Below, in pieces: positions 18,201-26,938 of a stretch of 61,762 nt of DNA. This DNA is from an uncultured bacterium (GTDB lineage: Bacteria > Verrucomicrobiota > Kiritimatiellia > RFP12 > UBA1067): contig CACWJS010000018.1 of NCBI GenBank assembly GCA_902761275.1, forward strand, positions 1-61,762. Direction: 5' to 3'. Below the pieces are notes generated by a model that was not told the origin of the DNA, did not search any database, and saw nothing but the letters and a program-made list of their open reading frames with translations. Position numbers and translations under genes: made by a program. Numbering within the stretch: position 1 is the first letter of the stretch; every line of letters begins with the position of its first letter.

Positions 18201-19686
18201 CAACATCTACGTCCAGAGCTTTGAAAGCCTGATTCTCGCCGATGAGCTTACTGGTGAAGTTGGCGTCTATTGCAATGGCGGCACCGCAAACGGAAAGTCG
18301 TTTGCCACGGTTGATGCGTCGACAGCTGCCGCGCTTGCGTCCAGAGAACACTTCTACAATGACTATAGCGCATCCTTGTATGCCGAGACATCCGAAGACT
18401 TCACCACGCTTGTTTGGGCGGCAGAGCCGCCAGGCCCAAAACCAGTGCCAGAAGTCGATGCCGAAGCTCGTCTCATAGTCGGCTCCGAGACGAATACGTA
18501 CGCCACCGTGGGCGATGCATTTGAGGCCGCAGGCCTCAGCGACGCGAGAATCGAGCTTGTCACGAATGCCTCCTTGTCTGCGAGCATTACGGTCTCGTCG
18601 GCAATAGTCTTTGACGGAATGGGTTGGAAGCTTGACCGTGTCGGCGATTTCTGTCTTTCTGTTCCGAATGCGGACGCGTCTTTGACGGTGACGAACATAG
18701 TCATTGATGGCGGGAGTGGTGCAGGCAGGATATTGGATGTATATGGCGGATCGCTTGTCCTTGGGGCGGATACTGTGATTTCCTGTGTTACGGGCGCAGT
18801 CAATACTATGGTCGCCCCGATAGTGGTAAATCAGAATGGAACACTTACGATGTTGCCTGGTTCGGAGATTTCGTATTGCACGAATTTGTTTGCGCGGTGG
18901 TCTGGCGGCCCGCTTGCTGCGGGTGCTGTCGTCGCGACCGGTAATAGCTGTGTGCGGATTTATGGTGGATCGATACACCACTGCTCCGGCTCTGGTGCCG
19001 GCGGTGTGTACATCGGCAACACGGCATGCGCATACGTGCAAGGGGATGTCTCGATATGCGACAATACGTCGCTTTCCGGCGAGCCAAGCAACCTGGTTGT
19101 CCATGACAAGAGTGTTCTTGTGCTCGATGACATGCTTGCTGGCTTAATCGGCTATACTGAGGGCGTGGGCGGCGACACGAACGTTTTCGGAACCGTAGAC
19201 TCCGATTTTGTCGCATCGACCACGGCGAGCAACGTAGCTGTCAGCGCACGTTGCTTCAAGCACGACCTGACGGGGGCGAAGGGCATGGTTGCCACGAACG
19301 AGACCGAGGCGATTCTCGTTTGGAGTTCCGCAGTCGGCGATTCGACCATGTTCACCAATGTGGTGGAAGGCGTGACGAACATTTACGAGGTCGTAAGAAT
19401 TGCTGGCGATGACGAGCCAGAGGTTGTCGTGTGCGAGCCCTTTGCGTTTGTCGCGATAGAGGAAGTCACGCCTGGCACGTGGAAACTTACGCTGACTAAT
19501 GGCACGGAGTATTGCATTTACACGCTATTTGGATCGGCAGACCTGAAGAACTGGTCTGAGGCTGGCAAAAAGAATCCGCTTGCTGGCGGCGACATCTCTG
19601 GCGCAGATCATGAGTTTGTCTTCGAGGTCAACGATTCGTCCGGCACGCAATTCTGGAAAGTCGAGGGCGCCGACGGAACCAAATAG
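15250..19686 (+). CDS. giant secreted C10-family (streptopain-like) cysteine peptidase fused to a CarboxypepD_reg-like domain and long beta-helix-like repeats
   Basis: Signal peptide MKTRKALSLFFCTVAFAASA. An I69-like propeptide pattern is present (FYAVALEGGGTLFLAADDEIGPVLAF). The catalytic Cys motif is CGCVATAAAQIMRYWNWP and the His motif is GHAVVCDGYG. After that come about 900 aa of Gly/Thr/Val/Ala-rich repeats typical of parallel beta-helices. Confidence 0.8.
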   Translation: MKTRKALSLFFCTVAFAASAATVSVDKAKFAAGSWALSDASLGVPHGRTVSGATAYDVDGSTGFYAVALEGGGTLFLAADDEIGPVLAFTAESNPDLSKGSPLRDLLERDIKARRGVVAAAKELDKSMPNAAQNAVPSTSLQSSASAAAKAVWAALTVSVPTSASTDLDRATGASSDAALSYAAPRSALAVSDVRVDPLVQSQWSQQEAGGGYCYNYYTPLHYPCGCVATAAAQIMRYWNWPQGELAHYSNECTVDGDGQLLYTVGHPDDPNTVESQRIYDWGHMKLKPASYATDQEREAIGRLTSDIGVALGASYESDGTGAMSIDVSKVFRAKFAYPSGVEFWNVNWESALQDGGGLHSRETRNKVIYACLDARLPVQLAIADGNGYNGHAVVCDGYGFVTIGDVETEFAHINMGWAGSGDVWYNIPDIDSIAGSTAGGGGVHFQIIKGATFNIATNAFGGLLTGRIIDDGEPVANAVVTAYKGADAVGTCTTDEHGIYAFMLPANTSYDVRVVSADGVKSGALDHSVYIAETWEDADYVVYDVNNVGNSWGNDIDIVIPHVRIVGENNYPSLNSALVAASTMENPIVEIFGPTKLKAPVTITTNVTIRTVPAATLSLADCEVVATDDTITKEGWVLQVADGVRVDFSNIVIRTEANAPVRINVFETGKVAFSGRVDLGTVVTHAADAFILAGPLELEGNGLAVSCPVASGFGLQFGTYECSDEEAGTCVRLIANALDATLTGVASGGVLVWDRQPIDPSIAIAYATNDVFGIKYYSSVDLLFSDYTNGAEVVFLKDCPVNMFTNAVVVGKSMTIRSEADTPFVVTAGEAAGFTVQGEDTELVFTNIVFKRTGTPSTNFATVKGGASLVLASGAAIADLQLAGTASAVYVDSSSDMEMTNKVTMLKGSVITNCVATRLATGRAGGVYLTGENSLFDFAGGLITGCVAGHNTGGGAVYAGKGATVAVSGSATAYGNKSKTYTRNIYVQSFESLILADELTGEVGVYCNGGTANGKSFATVDASTAAALASREHFYNDYSASLYAETSEDFTTLVWAAEPPGPKPVPEVDAEARLIVGSETNTYATVGDAFEAAGLSDARIELVTNASLSASITVSSAIVFDGMGWKLDRVGDFCLSVPNADASLTVTNIVIDGGSGAGRILDVYGGSLVLGADTVISCVTGAVNTMVAPIVVNQNGTLTMLPGSEISYCTNLFARWSGGPLAAGAVVATGNSCVRIYGGSIHHCSGSGAGGVYIGNTACAYVQGDVSICDNTSLSGEPSNLVVHDKSVLVLDDMLAGLIGYTEGVGGDTNVFGTVDSDFVASTTASNVAVSARCFKHDLTGAKGMVATNETEAILVWSSAVGDSTMFTNVVEGVTNIYEVVRIAGDDEPEVVVCEPFAFVAIEEVTPGTWKLTLTNGTEYCIYTLFGSADLKNWSEAGKKNPLAGGDISGADHEFVFEVNDSSGTQFWKVEGADGTK

Positions 19687-19732
19687 CGCTCTCTGCGTCT
19701 CTGCGCCTCTGCGTTAAAAAACAAAACAATCT

Positions 19733-20761
<1,029 letters not shown>

Positions 20762-20775
20762 GTAAGAAAGATTTT

Positions 20776-20865
20776 GGAGAGTTGGCGGAGTGGTTGAACG
20801 CGGCGGTCTTGAAAACCGTTGAGGATGCAAGTCCTCCGGGGGTTCGAATCCCTCACTCTCCGCCA
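20776..20865 (+). tRNA. tRNA-Ser (anticodon UGA)
   Basis: Hand-folded cloverleaf. The acceptor stem is GGAGAGT/ACTCTCC. The anticodon stem is GCGGT/ACCGT with loop CTTGAAA. The long variable arm is GAGGA..TCCTC. The T-arm is GGGGG-TTCGAAT-CCCTC, followed by an encoded CCA. Confidence 0.9.
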
Positions 20866-20897
20866 CTTTTGCAGGAACTTAAAAAAGGAGACAGAAA

Positions 20898-22061
20898 ATG
20901 AAGAAGACCGTAATCGTAAACGCACACGTCGTTTCCCCCGGCGTCGACATCGAAAAAGCCACGATCATCGTCGAGGGCAAGAAGATAAAGCAAGTCCTCA
21001 AGGGCTCGAAGGCAGTCAAGTCCGACGCGAACACGACCGTCGTCGACGTGCGCGGTCAGTACGTGATGCCTGGCTTCATTGACGTCCATACTCACGGTGC
21101 GCTCGGCTACGACTTCTGCGACGCCGACCCCAAGGCGATCTTCGAGTTCGCGAAGGCGAAGCTCGCGGAGGGCGTGACGACCGTGCTCCCGACGACGCTC
21201 ACAGTCTCGCACGGCGAACTGATCGCCGCCGCGAAGAACGCCAAGGCCTACGCCGACGCGGGCATGCCGTATTCCAAGGTTCCCGGCATCCACCTCGAAG
21301 GCCCGTTCATCAACGTCAAGTGCTGCGGTGCTCAGAACCCGAAATTCGTCCGCAAGCCCGCAATCAAGGAAGTTAAGGAGATCTCCAAGGTCTATCCCGT
21401 GAAGCTCATTTCCTACGCGGTCGAGACCGAGGGCGGCGCGAAGTTCGCGAAGGAGTGCTTCAAGATGGGCGTCGTGCCGAGTTGCGGCCACACGGGCGCG
21501 AAGTTCAAGGATCTCGTTCCCGCCTACAAGAACGGCCTTCGCCACATGACGCACTTCTGCAACCAGATGACGCCGCTTCACCACCGCGAGATCGGTATGG
21601 TCGGTGCTGGCTTCCTCGTCGAGGACCTCAACACCGAGGTCATCTGCGACAAGATCCACCTCTGCCCCGACATGCTGAACCTCATCTTCACGCGCCGCAG
21701 TCTCGAGCACATCCAGATGATCACCGACTCGCTCCGCTGCTCGCACTGCAAGGACGGCTACGCCTTCGAGATGGGCGGGCTCAAGGTTCTTCTCAAGGGC
21801 GGCGAGGCGCGTCTCGTCGAAGGCGGCAACCTCGCTGGTTCGACGCTCTGGATGGGCATGGGTCTCAAGAACGTCCACGACGTCACCGGCATTCCGCTCA
21901 AGGACCTCGTTCGCACGACCTCGTGGAACCAGGCGATCGAGCTCGGCTGGGGCAAGACGCTCGGCAAGGTCGAGAAGGGATACATCGCCGACCTCGTCGT
22001 GATCAACCCGCGCAGCTGGAAGCCGTCGGCCGTCTTCATTGACGGCGAACAGCGCATTTGA
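20898..22061 (+). CDS. nagA: N-acetylglucosamine-6-phosphate deacetylase
   Basis: A Shine-Dalgarno AAGGAG lies 7 nt upstream. The sequence has the motifs VMPGFIDVHTHG and GIHLEGPFIN..CCGAQ, with an amidohydrolase fold pattern. Confidence 0.85.
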   Translation: MKKTVIVNAHVVSPGVDIEKATIIVEGKKIKQVLKGSKAVKSDANTTVVDVRGQYVMPGFIDVHTHGALGYDFCDADPKAIFEFAKAKLAEGVTTVLPTTLTVSHGELIAAAKNAKAYADAGMPYSKVPGIHLEGPFINVKCCGAQNPKFVRKPAIKEVKEISKVYPVKLISYAVETEGGAKFAKECFKMGVVPSCGHTGAKFKDLVPAYKNGLRHMTHFCNQMTPLHHREIGMVGAGFLVEDLNTEVICDKIHLCPDMLNLIFTRRSLEHIQMITDSLRCSHCKDGYAFEMGGLKVLLKGGEARLVEGGNLAGSTLWMGMGLKNVHDVTGIPLKDLVRTTSWNQAIELGWGKTLGKVEKGYIADLVVINPRSWKPSAVFIDGEQRI

Positions 22062-22083
22062 TACAATACGCGCCATACGATTT

Positions 22084-22177
22084 GGAGAGATGGCCGAGTG
22101 GCTGAAGGCAACGGTTTGCTAAATCGTCGTACGGGTTAATTTCCGTACCGAGGGTTCGAATCCCTCTCTCTCCGCCA
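22084..22177 (+). tRNA. tRNA-Ser (anticodon GCU)
   Basis: The acceptor stem is GGAGAGA/TCTCTCC. The anticodon stem is ACGGT/ATCGT with loop TTGCTAA. The long variable arm is CGTACGG..CCGTACC. The T-arm is GAGGG-TTCGAAT-CCCTC, followed by CCA. Confidence 0.9.
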
Positions 22178-22194
22178 TTTTCCCGTCCGTTTTT

Positions 22195-22203
22195 TGGTAT
22201 AAT
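22195..22203 (+). promoter_or_regulatory. extended -10 promoter TGGTATAAT, 8 nt upstream of the GTG at 22212
   Basis: The sequence reads gttttTGGTATAATacggaacaGTG, with no Shine-Dalgarno sequence. The conserved KS N-terminus IAIVGMSCRF starts at codon 5, so the start cannot lie further downstream. Confidence 0.5.
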
Positions 22204-22211
22204 ACGGAACA

Positions 22212-23615
22212 GTGGAATCCTCTATCGCCATAGTCGGCATGTCGTGCCGATTCGCCGAGTGTCCTACGCTGTCGGCCTTCTGGGGCGCCGTCATGTCACG
22301 CCGCTGCTGTCTTTCGCCTCTTGGCCCAGACGCCGAGATACCGCTCGGCCAGCACAACGTATTCGAACGACCCTATCCCGTGAGGATGGGCCAGCTCGGG
22401 CCACTCTTCGCGTGCGTTCCCTCGATGCAGAACTTCCCGCGCCAGGTGAACGCCGGCGAGAACCAGGATCTATACTTTGCGACGCAGCTTGCGTTCGACG
22501 CGCTTGCCGACGCCGGGCTTCGCCCGCATTCGCCAACTCCCGTAAAGGGCAGCGTACGCGTCGGCTACGCTCCGCCGTTCAACGCGTCGACGGTCAACTG
22601 GCTTCAGCATACGGCGTTCCTTGACCAGACGATGGACATAATCCGCCGCTTCTTCCGGCACGCGCCAGAGGAGTCGCTTGAAATCGTAAAGGAGAAGCTC
22701 GTAGAGTCGCTTCCCGCGCCAAACGCCTCGTCGTTTCTTCTCGGTACCGGCTATCGCTTTGCGTCGTGGATTGCGCGCGAATGTTCCTTTGCGGGCGTCG
22801 CGACGACGATGGACGCGGGGCTTCTCACCGGCGCCGCGACGTTGCAGGACGCAATAGCCGATCTTGTTTCCGGTCAGGCGGACGTCGCTCTCGCGGGTGC
22901 GCTTACGCCGCCTATTCCGCGCGCCTATCTCGAGGGGCTTTCCGGTGAGGTGCCGTTCTCGACGCGCACCGAGCTTCATCCTTTCGCGCAAGAGCAGGAC
23001 GGCACGATTCCCGGAGAGGGCGGCGCGTTCTTCGTCTTGAAGCGCCGTGCCGATGCGCTGCGCGATCACGACAGGATATACGCGCTCGTCCGCTCCGTAG
23101 CGATAGGCCACAACCCGGAAGACGATCCGTCCACCATTTTCGCCCAGGCGACCGAGGGGAGCGGCATCCCTGTCAAGACGATCGGGCTCGTCGAGGCCGA
23201 TGGCTCTGGCATAGCCGTTTCCGAGCAGCGCGAGATCGACGCCGTCCACCGGCTTTGGGGCGAGCACCATCCTGGCGGGCCGCTCGTCGCGATGGGTTCC
23301 GTGAAAGGCAATATCGGCCACACTCTCCGCGCGGCAATGGCGGCTGGCGTCGTGAAGGCCGCGCTTGCGCTCTTCCGCCGCGTCCTTCCGCCGCAGGTTC
23401 CGCAGGAGCATCCGCACGAGTCGCTCGCTAACCTCGCGTCGAGCGCATACCTTCTTGACGAGGCGCGTCCGTGGATAACGGGCGACAGCTCAAGCCCGCG
23501 CCGCGCCGTGGTGCTTGGCGCAAACTTCGACGCGACCGATCCCGTGGGCAATACCGCGAAGGGCGGGCGCGCTGCGGCGATAGTCCTTGAAGAGGAACCG
23601 GAGGACCGGCTGTGA
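22212..23615 (+). CDS. beta-ketoacyl synthase (PKS-type KS) homologue with substituted active-site residues (KS0)
   Basis: It has a PKS KS-like N-terminus (IAIVGMSCRF....FW), then VATTMDAGLLTGAATLQDAIADLVSGQADVALAGAL where DTACSSS is expected. EADGSGIAV stands where EAHGTGT is expected. KGNIGHTLRAAMAAG is retained. Confidence 0.75.
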   Translation: MESSIAIVGMSCRFAECPTLSAFWGAVMSRRCCLSPLGPDAEIPLGQHNVFERPYPVRMGQLGPLFACVPSMQNFPRQVNAGENQDLYFATQLAFDALADAGLRPHSPTPVKGSVRVGYAPPFNASTVNWLQHTAFLDQTMDIIRRFFRHAPEESLEIVKEKLVESLPAPNASSFLLGTGYRFASWIARECSFAGVATTMDAGLLTGAATLQDAIADLVSGQADVALAGALTPPIPRAYLEGLSGEVPFSTRTELHPFAQEQDGTIPGEGGAFFVLKRRADALRDHDRIYALVRSVAIGHNPEDDPSTIFAQATEGSGIPVKTIGLVEADGSGIAVSEQREIDAVHRLWGEHHPGGPLVAMGSVKGNIGHTLRAAMAAGVVKAALALFRRVLPPQVPQEHPHESLANLASSAYLLDEARPWITGDSSSPRRAVVLGANFDATDPVGNTAKGGRAAAIVLEEEPEDRL

Positions 23616-26600
23616 CGGTTGAATTCGGAGCTACGGGAAGAAGCGAACTCGTCCTCGTGTCTGCGGCGGACGATGAGGCGCTTGTCGGCGAGATCTCCCG
23701 CCTCGTGGCGTTTCTCGACCGCCTGCCCGACGTGCCTCTTGCCGACGTCGCCTACACCTGTTCGCTCGCGAGCGGTCCTGCAGTCCTCGCGCTCGTAGTC
23801 TCGAGCGTCAGCGAACTCAGGGCGCGGCTTTTCTCCGCGCGTTCCCGCATCGCTGCAGGCGCGGCGAAGATACGCGACAAGAGCGGCACTTACTACTTCC
23901 GAGAGCATCTCGTCGGCGAAGGCGCGGGCAAGCTCGCGTTCGTCTACCCCGGCGTTATGAGCTACTACCCCGACATGCTCCGCGACATAGCGATACTCCA
24001 TTCGGAGTGCCGCTCGGCGTTCGACGAGTTGGAGGAGGCGCTTTCCGACGACCCCGAATTCACGCCGTCGAGCTTCATCTTTCCGCCTGCTCCCTACTAT
24101 CGTCATGACGCAGACATCTTCAGCTCCGGCGCATACGCGCAGGCGTTTGTCGCGTCGTTCACCGGCTGCATTGCGATGTCGCGGCTCCTCGACCGCCTCG
24201 GCATCGTCCCCGACGGAGTCGTCGGCTGTGTTGGCGGAGATCTTGCCGCCGTGATGCGCTCGGGTGCGGCGGGCGTTGGCAATCCGCGCCCAGTGAGGGT
24301 ACGCGCGATTCGTGAGATATACAAGATCGTCGACAAGGCGGTAGACCATTCGGGGCTTCCAAAGACGTCGATGATCTCCGTCCTTCTCAAGCACGAGGGC
24401 GAGGCGGACGAGGTCGTGAAGGAATTTCCGACGGACAAGGTTGCGCTCGTGCTCGACTTCTCGCCGCGCCAGCGTACGTACGCCGTAACGCCCGACTACG
24501 AGGAGACCGCGCTAAAGGCGTTTTCCGACGCCGGGATCCGCACGATGAAGCTTGCGCTTGAACGCCCCTTCAACACCTCGAAGTGTAAGCCGATAGTCTC
24601 GGGCGTAAAGAAGTTCGCGGGCGACTGGATGAAGCACGAATCGGTGTGCGACGTCTATTCGTGTGCACAGGCCGACCGTCTCCCGCGGAAGGCGCGGCCT
24701 TCGCGCAACGACACGGCCGAGCGCTGGGCGCAGCCGGTGAGGTTCCGCGAGACGATTCTCAAGATGCATGCCGACGGCTACCGCGTGTTCCTCGAAGTCG
24801 GCCCCCGCGGGCTTATGACTGCGGCTGTCTCAGAGACGTTGAAAGGTTCTGACTTCGCGGCGATTGCGCTTAACTCGATACACCGCCGCGGCATCCTGCA
24901 GGCGTGCCATGCGATTGGCCAGCTTGCCGCGTATGGCGTGAAGCTCGATTTCTCCAAGGCGTTTGAGCGCCGCCGTGTGCGGAAGCTCGACTTCGATTCC
25001 GCCATATCGCTTGAAGTGCGGCGCGACGCCGAGATGCGACTTTCGAGCGCGTTCCCTCGGCTCACGCTGCTCGGCGACGAGACGTTTCTACAGGGCGCGA
25101 ACTTCCTTTCCGAGCCGACGGGTCGCGGCGCAAAGGCCGCGCAGAGGGCGGCGGCAGTCGCGGCAAAGGCCCGCCGCCAGCGCCAGTTCGACTTCGGCGC
25201 GGCGAACCCGCTCGTTTCCGACGCCGACATCCTTGCGCAGAGCCCTGGCGTTTCAATCGAGATCTCGAAGACTTTCCGCACTGCCGATGCCCCGTTCCTT
25301 GCCGATTTCGCGCTTGGCGCGAGCCAGCTTTCCTATTCCGACCCGAACCTCAAGGGACTCGTCATGCTGTCGATTCCCGTCGCCGCCGAGATAATGGCCG
25401 AGGTAGCGCGGATGCTCGTTCCGAACAGGACGCTCGTCTCGATAGAGAACCTTGGCTGCAGGCGCATGGTCGCTTTCACCGGCGGCGAACTCAAGCTTTT
25501 CGTCAAGGCCGAGCGCGTCGCCTCGGGTGACTCGAAGCTCGCGGCAGTCAATGTGCAGATACGGGACGACTCCCCGAACTCCGCCTACACGTGGCCCGTC
25601 ATGGACGGCGTGTTTGTCATGGCAGAGCAGCATGCACCCATGGTGCCGATGTCGCCGCCTCCGATGTTCAAGCCCCGCACAGTCCACTGGTCGGATCGCG
25701 ACATATATCCAGCGCGTCTCTGTTACGGGCGGCGGCTTAGGGGCATCCGCTTCGTCGAGTCGTGGAGCGAGTCGGGGCTGGACTACGAGGTCGAGGTTTC
25801 CCCGTTCTCCGAGGCAGTCGTGTTCACGCGCTTCCCGCTGTGGATCGTAAACCCGCTGCTCCTCGGCGCCATCACGAGCGGCTTTGCGCTCTGGCGCAGT
25901 CATGAAAAATTCACCGGCGCGTTCTCGTTCCCGTTCCGCCTGAGGAAGCTTGAGTTCTTCGGTGCGCAGCCGCACGAAGGCTCGCGGCTCAAGTGCTACC
26001 TGCGGCTCACGGGCGTGACGCCGAAATCGCACGTCTGCGACATCACTGCCACGGACGGAAACGGCGTCGCCCTAATGTCTATCTCCGGTTGGGAGGAGCT
26101 CACCGAGCGCGTTCCAGCCGAATACCGCGAGCTCGTCCTTCAGCCCGCAAACGCATTTCTCACGCGGCGCGTCTCTACCGACATGCTCGGCGACCCTGCG
26201 ACGGAGGTCGCCAGCGCGTTCATCACCGACATTCCCTACCAGATCTTCGAGCGCAACGAGGAGATTTGGCTAAAGACGCTTTCGCATGTCATCCTCGGCG
26301 CGCAGGAGCGCGACGAGTTCCGCAACATGCCGGGTTCCACGTCGCGCCGCGCCGAGTGGCTGTTTGGACGCGTTGCGGCGAAGGAAGCCGTGCGCCGCTA
26401 TTTGATGGACTTCCACCAGGCGAGGTGGAGCGATGCGGACATACAGATATGGCGCGACGACTCCGGCAAGCCGCACGCGCTCGGTGCATGGGGCGATCAT
26501 CTCTCCTCGAAGATCGACATAGCGATCGCGCACACCGCGCAGTTCGTCATCGCGCTTGCGGCGGCGAACGCCCGTGTCGGCGTCGACGTCGAGTCCGTGA

Positions 26601-26938
26601 CGCGCGACCTTTCCGAGGAGTTCACGGCGGGCGTGTTCGTCCCCGAGGAGCTTGAGCTTGCCGCAAACGCGGCGAATGCGGCGCAGGCGATAATCCGCTT
26701 CTGGTGCGCGAAGGAGGCCGTTTCCAAGGCGCTTGGCACAGGCATCCGCTACAGCCCGCGCGAGATGCGCGTCGCCGACTACCAGCCGGACACCGGCAGG
26801 ATTATCGTGCGTCTCGAGGGCGCATGGCTCGACGCCTTCAAGAAGTTCCGCGGCCGCGACATAGAGGTTACGTCTCGCGTCATGCGCGAACATGCGCTTG
26901 CCTTTTGCTTCATGCCGATGACGTTGTTCGATGAATAG
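23612..26938 (+). CDS. multidomain protein: acyltransferase-like (AT0) plus PKS dehydratase-like (DH0) plus C-terminal 4'-phosphopantetheinyl transferase
   Basis: The GTG start overlaps the KS0 stop (GTGA). The AT-like region has FVYPGVMSYYPDM, GVVGCVGGDLAA in place of GHSxGE, and FLEVGPRGL. A hot-dog-like region has APFLADFALGAS where LxxHxxxG is expected. The PPTase motifs GVDVESV and FWCAKEAVSKALGTG are intact. No ACP-like DSL motif was seen. Confidence 0.7.
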   Translation: MTVEFGATGRSELVLVSAADDEALVGEISRLVAFLDRLPDVPLADVAYTCSLASGPAVLALVVSSVSELRARLFSARSRIAAGAAKIRDKSGTYYFREHLVGEGAGKLAFVYPGVMSYYPDMLRDIAILHSECRSAFDELEEALSDDPEFTPSSFIFPPAPYYRHDADIFSSGAYAQAFVASFTGCIAMSRLLDRLGIVPDGVVGCVGGDLAAVMRSGAAGVGNPRPVRVRAIREIYKIVDKAVDHSGLPKTSMISVLLKHEGEADEVVKEFPTDKVALVLDFSPRQRTYAVTPDYEETALKAFSDAGIRTMKLALERPFNTSKCKPIVSGVKKFAGDWMKHESVCDVYSCAQADRLPRKARPSRNDTAERWAQPVRFRETILKMHADGYRVFLEVGPRGLMTAAVSETLKGSDFAAIALNSIHRRGILQACHAIGQLAAYGVKLDFSKAFERRRVRKLDFDSAISLEVRRDAEMRLSSAFPRLTLLGDETFLQGANFLSEPTGRGAKAAQRAAAVAAKARRQRQFDFGAANPLVSDADILAQSPGVSIEISKTFRTADAPFLADFALGASQLSYSDPNLKGLVMLSIPVAAEIMAEVARMLVPNRTLVSIENLGCRRMVAFTGGELKLFVKAERVASGDSKLAAVNVQIRDDSPNSAYTWPVMDGVFVMAEQHAPMVPMSPPPMFKPRTVHWSDRDIYPARLCYGRRLRGIRFVESWSESGLDYEVEVSPFSEAVVFTRFPLWIVNPLLLGAITSGFALWRSHEKFTGAFSFPFRLRKLEFFGAQPHEGSRLKCYLRLTGVTPKSHVCDITATDGNGVALMSISGWEELTERVPAEYRELVLQPANAFLTRRVSTDMLGDPATEVASAFITDIPYQIFERNEEIWLKTLSHVILGAQERDEFRNMPGSTSRRAEWLFGRVAAKEAVRRYLMDFHQARWSDADIQIWRDDSGKPHALGAWGDHLSSKIDIAIAHTAQFVIALAAANARVGVDVESVTRDLSEEFTAGVFVPEELELAANAANAAQAIIRFWCAKEAVSKALGTGIRYSPREMRVADYQPDTGRIIVRLEGAWLDAFKKFRGRDIEVTSRVMREHALAFCFMPMTLFDE

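Noticed and set aside
19687-19732. Three direct CTCTGCG repeats (gcgCTCTCTGCGtCTCTGCGcCTCTGCGtt) between the C10 peptidase stop and recA, considered as a LexA/SOS operator or a terminator.
   Set aside because: It has no dyad symmetry or hairpin and no resemblance to the LexA boxes I know (CTGT-N8-ACAG type or GAAC-type palindromes). It is too short to interpret and is left unassigned.
20776-22177. tRNA-flanked nagA considered as a genomic island.
   Set aside because: There is no integrase and no att-like direct repeats, and the composition matches the surroundings. It is retained only as a low-interest context note.
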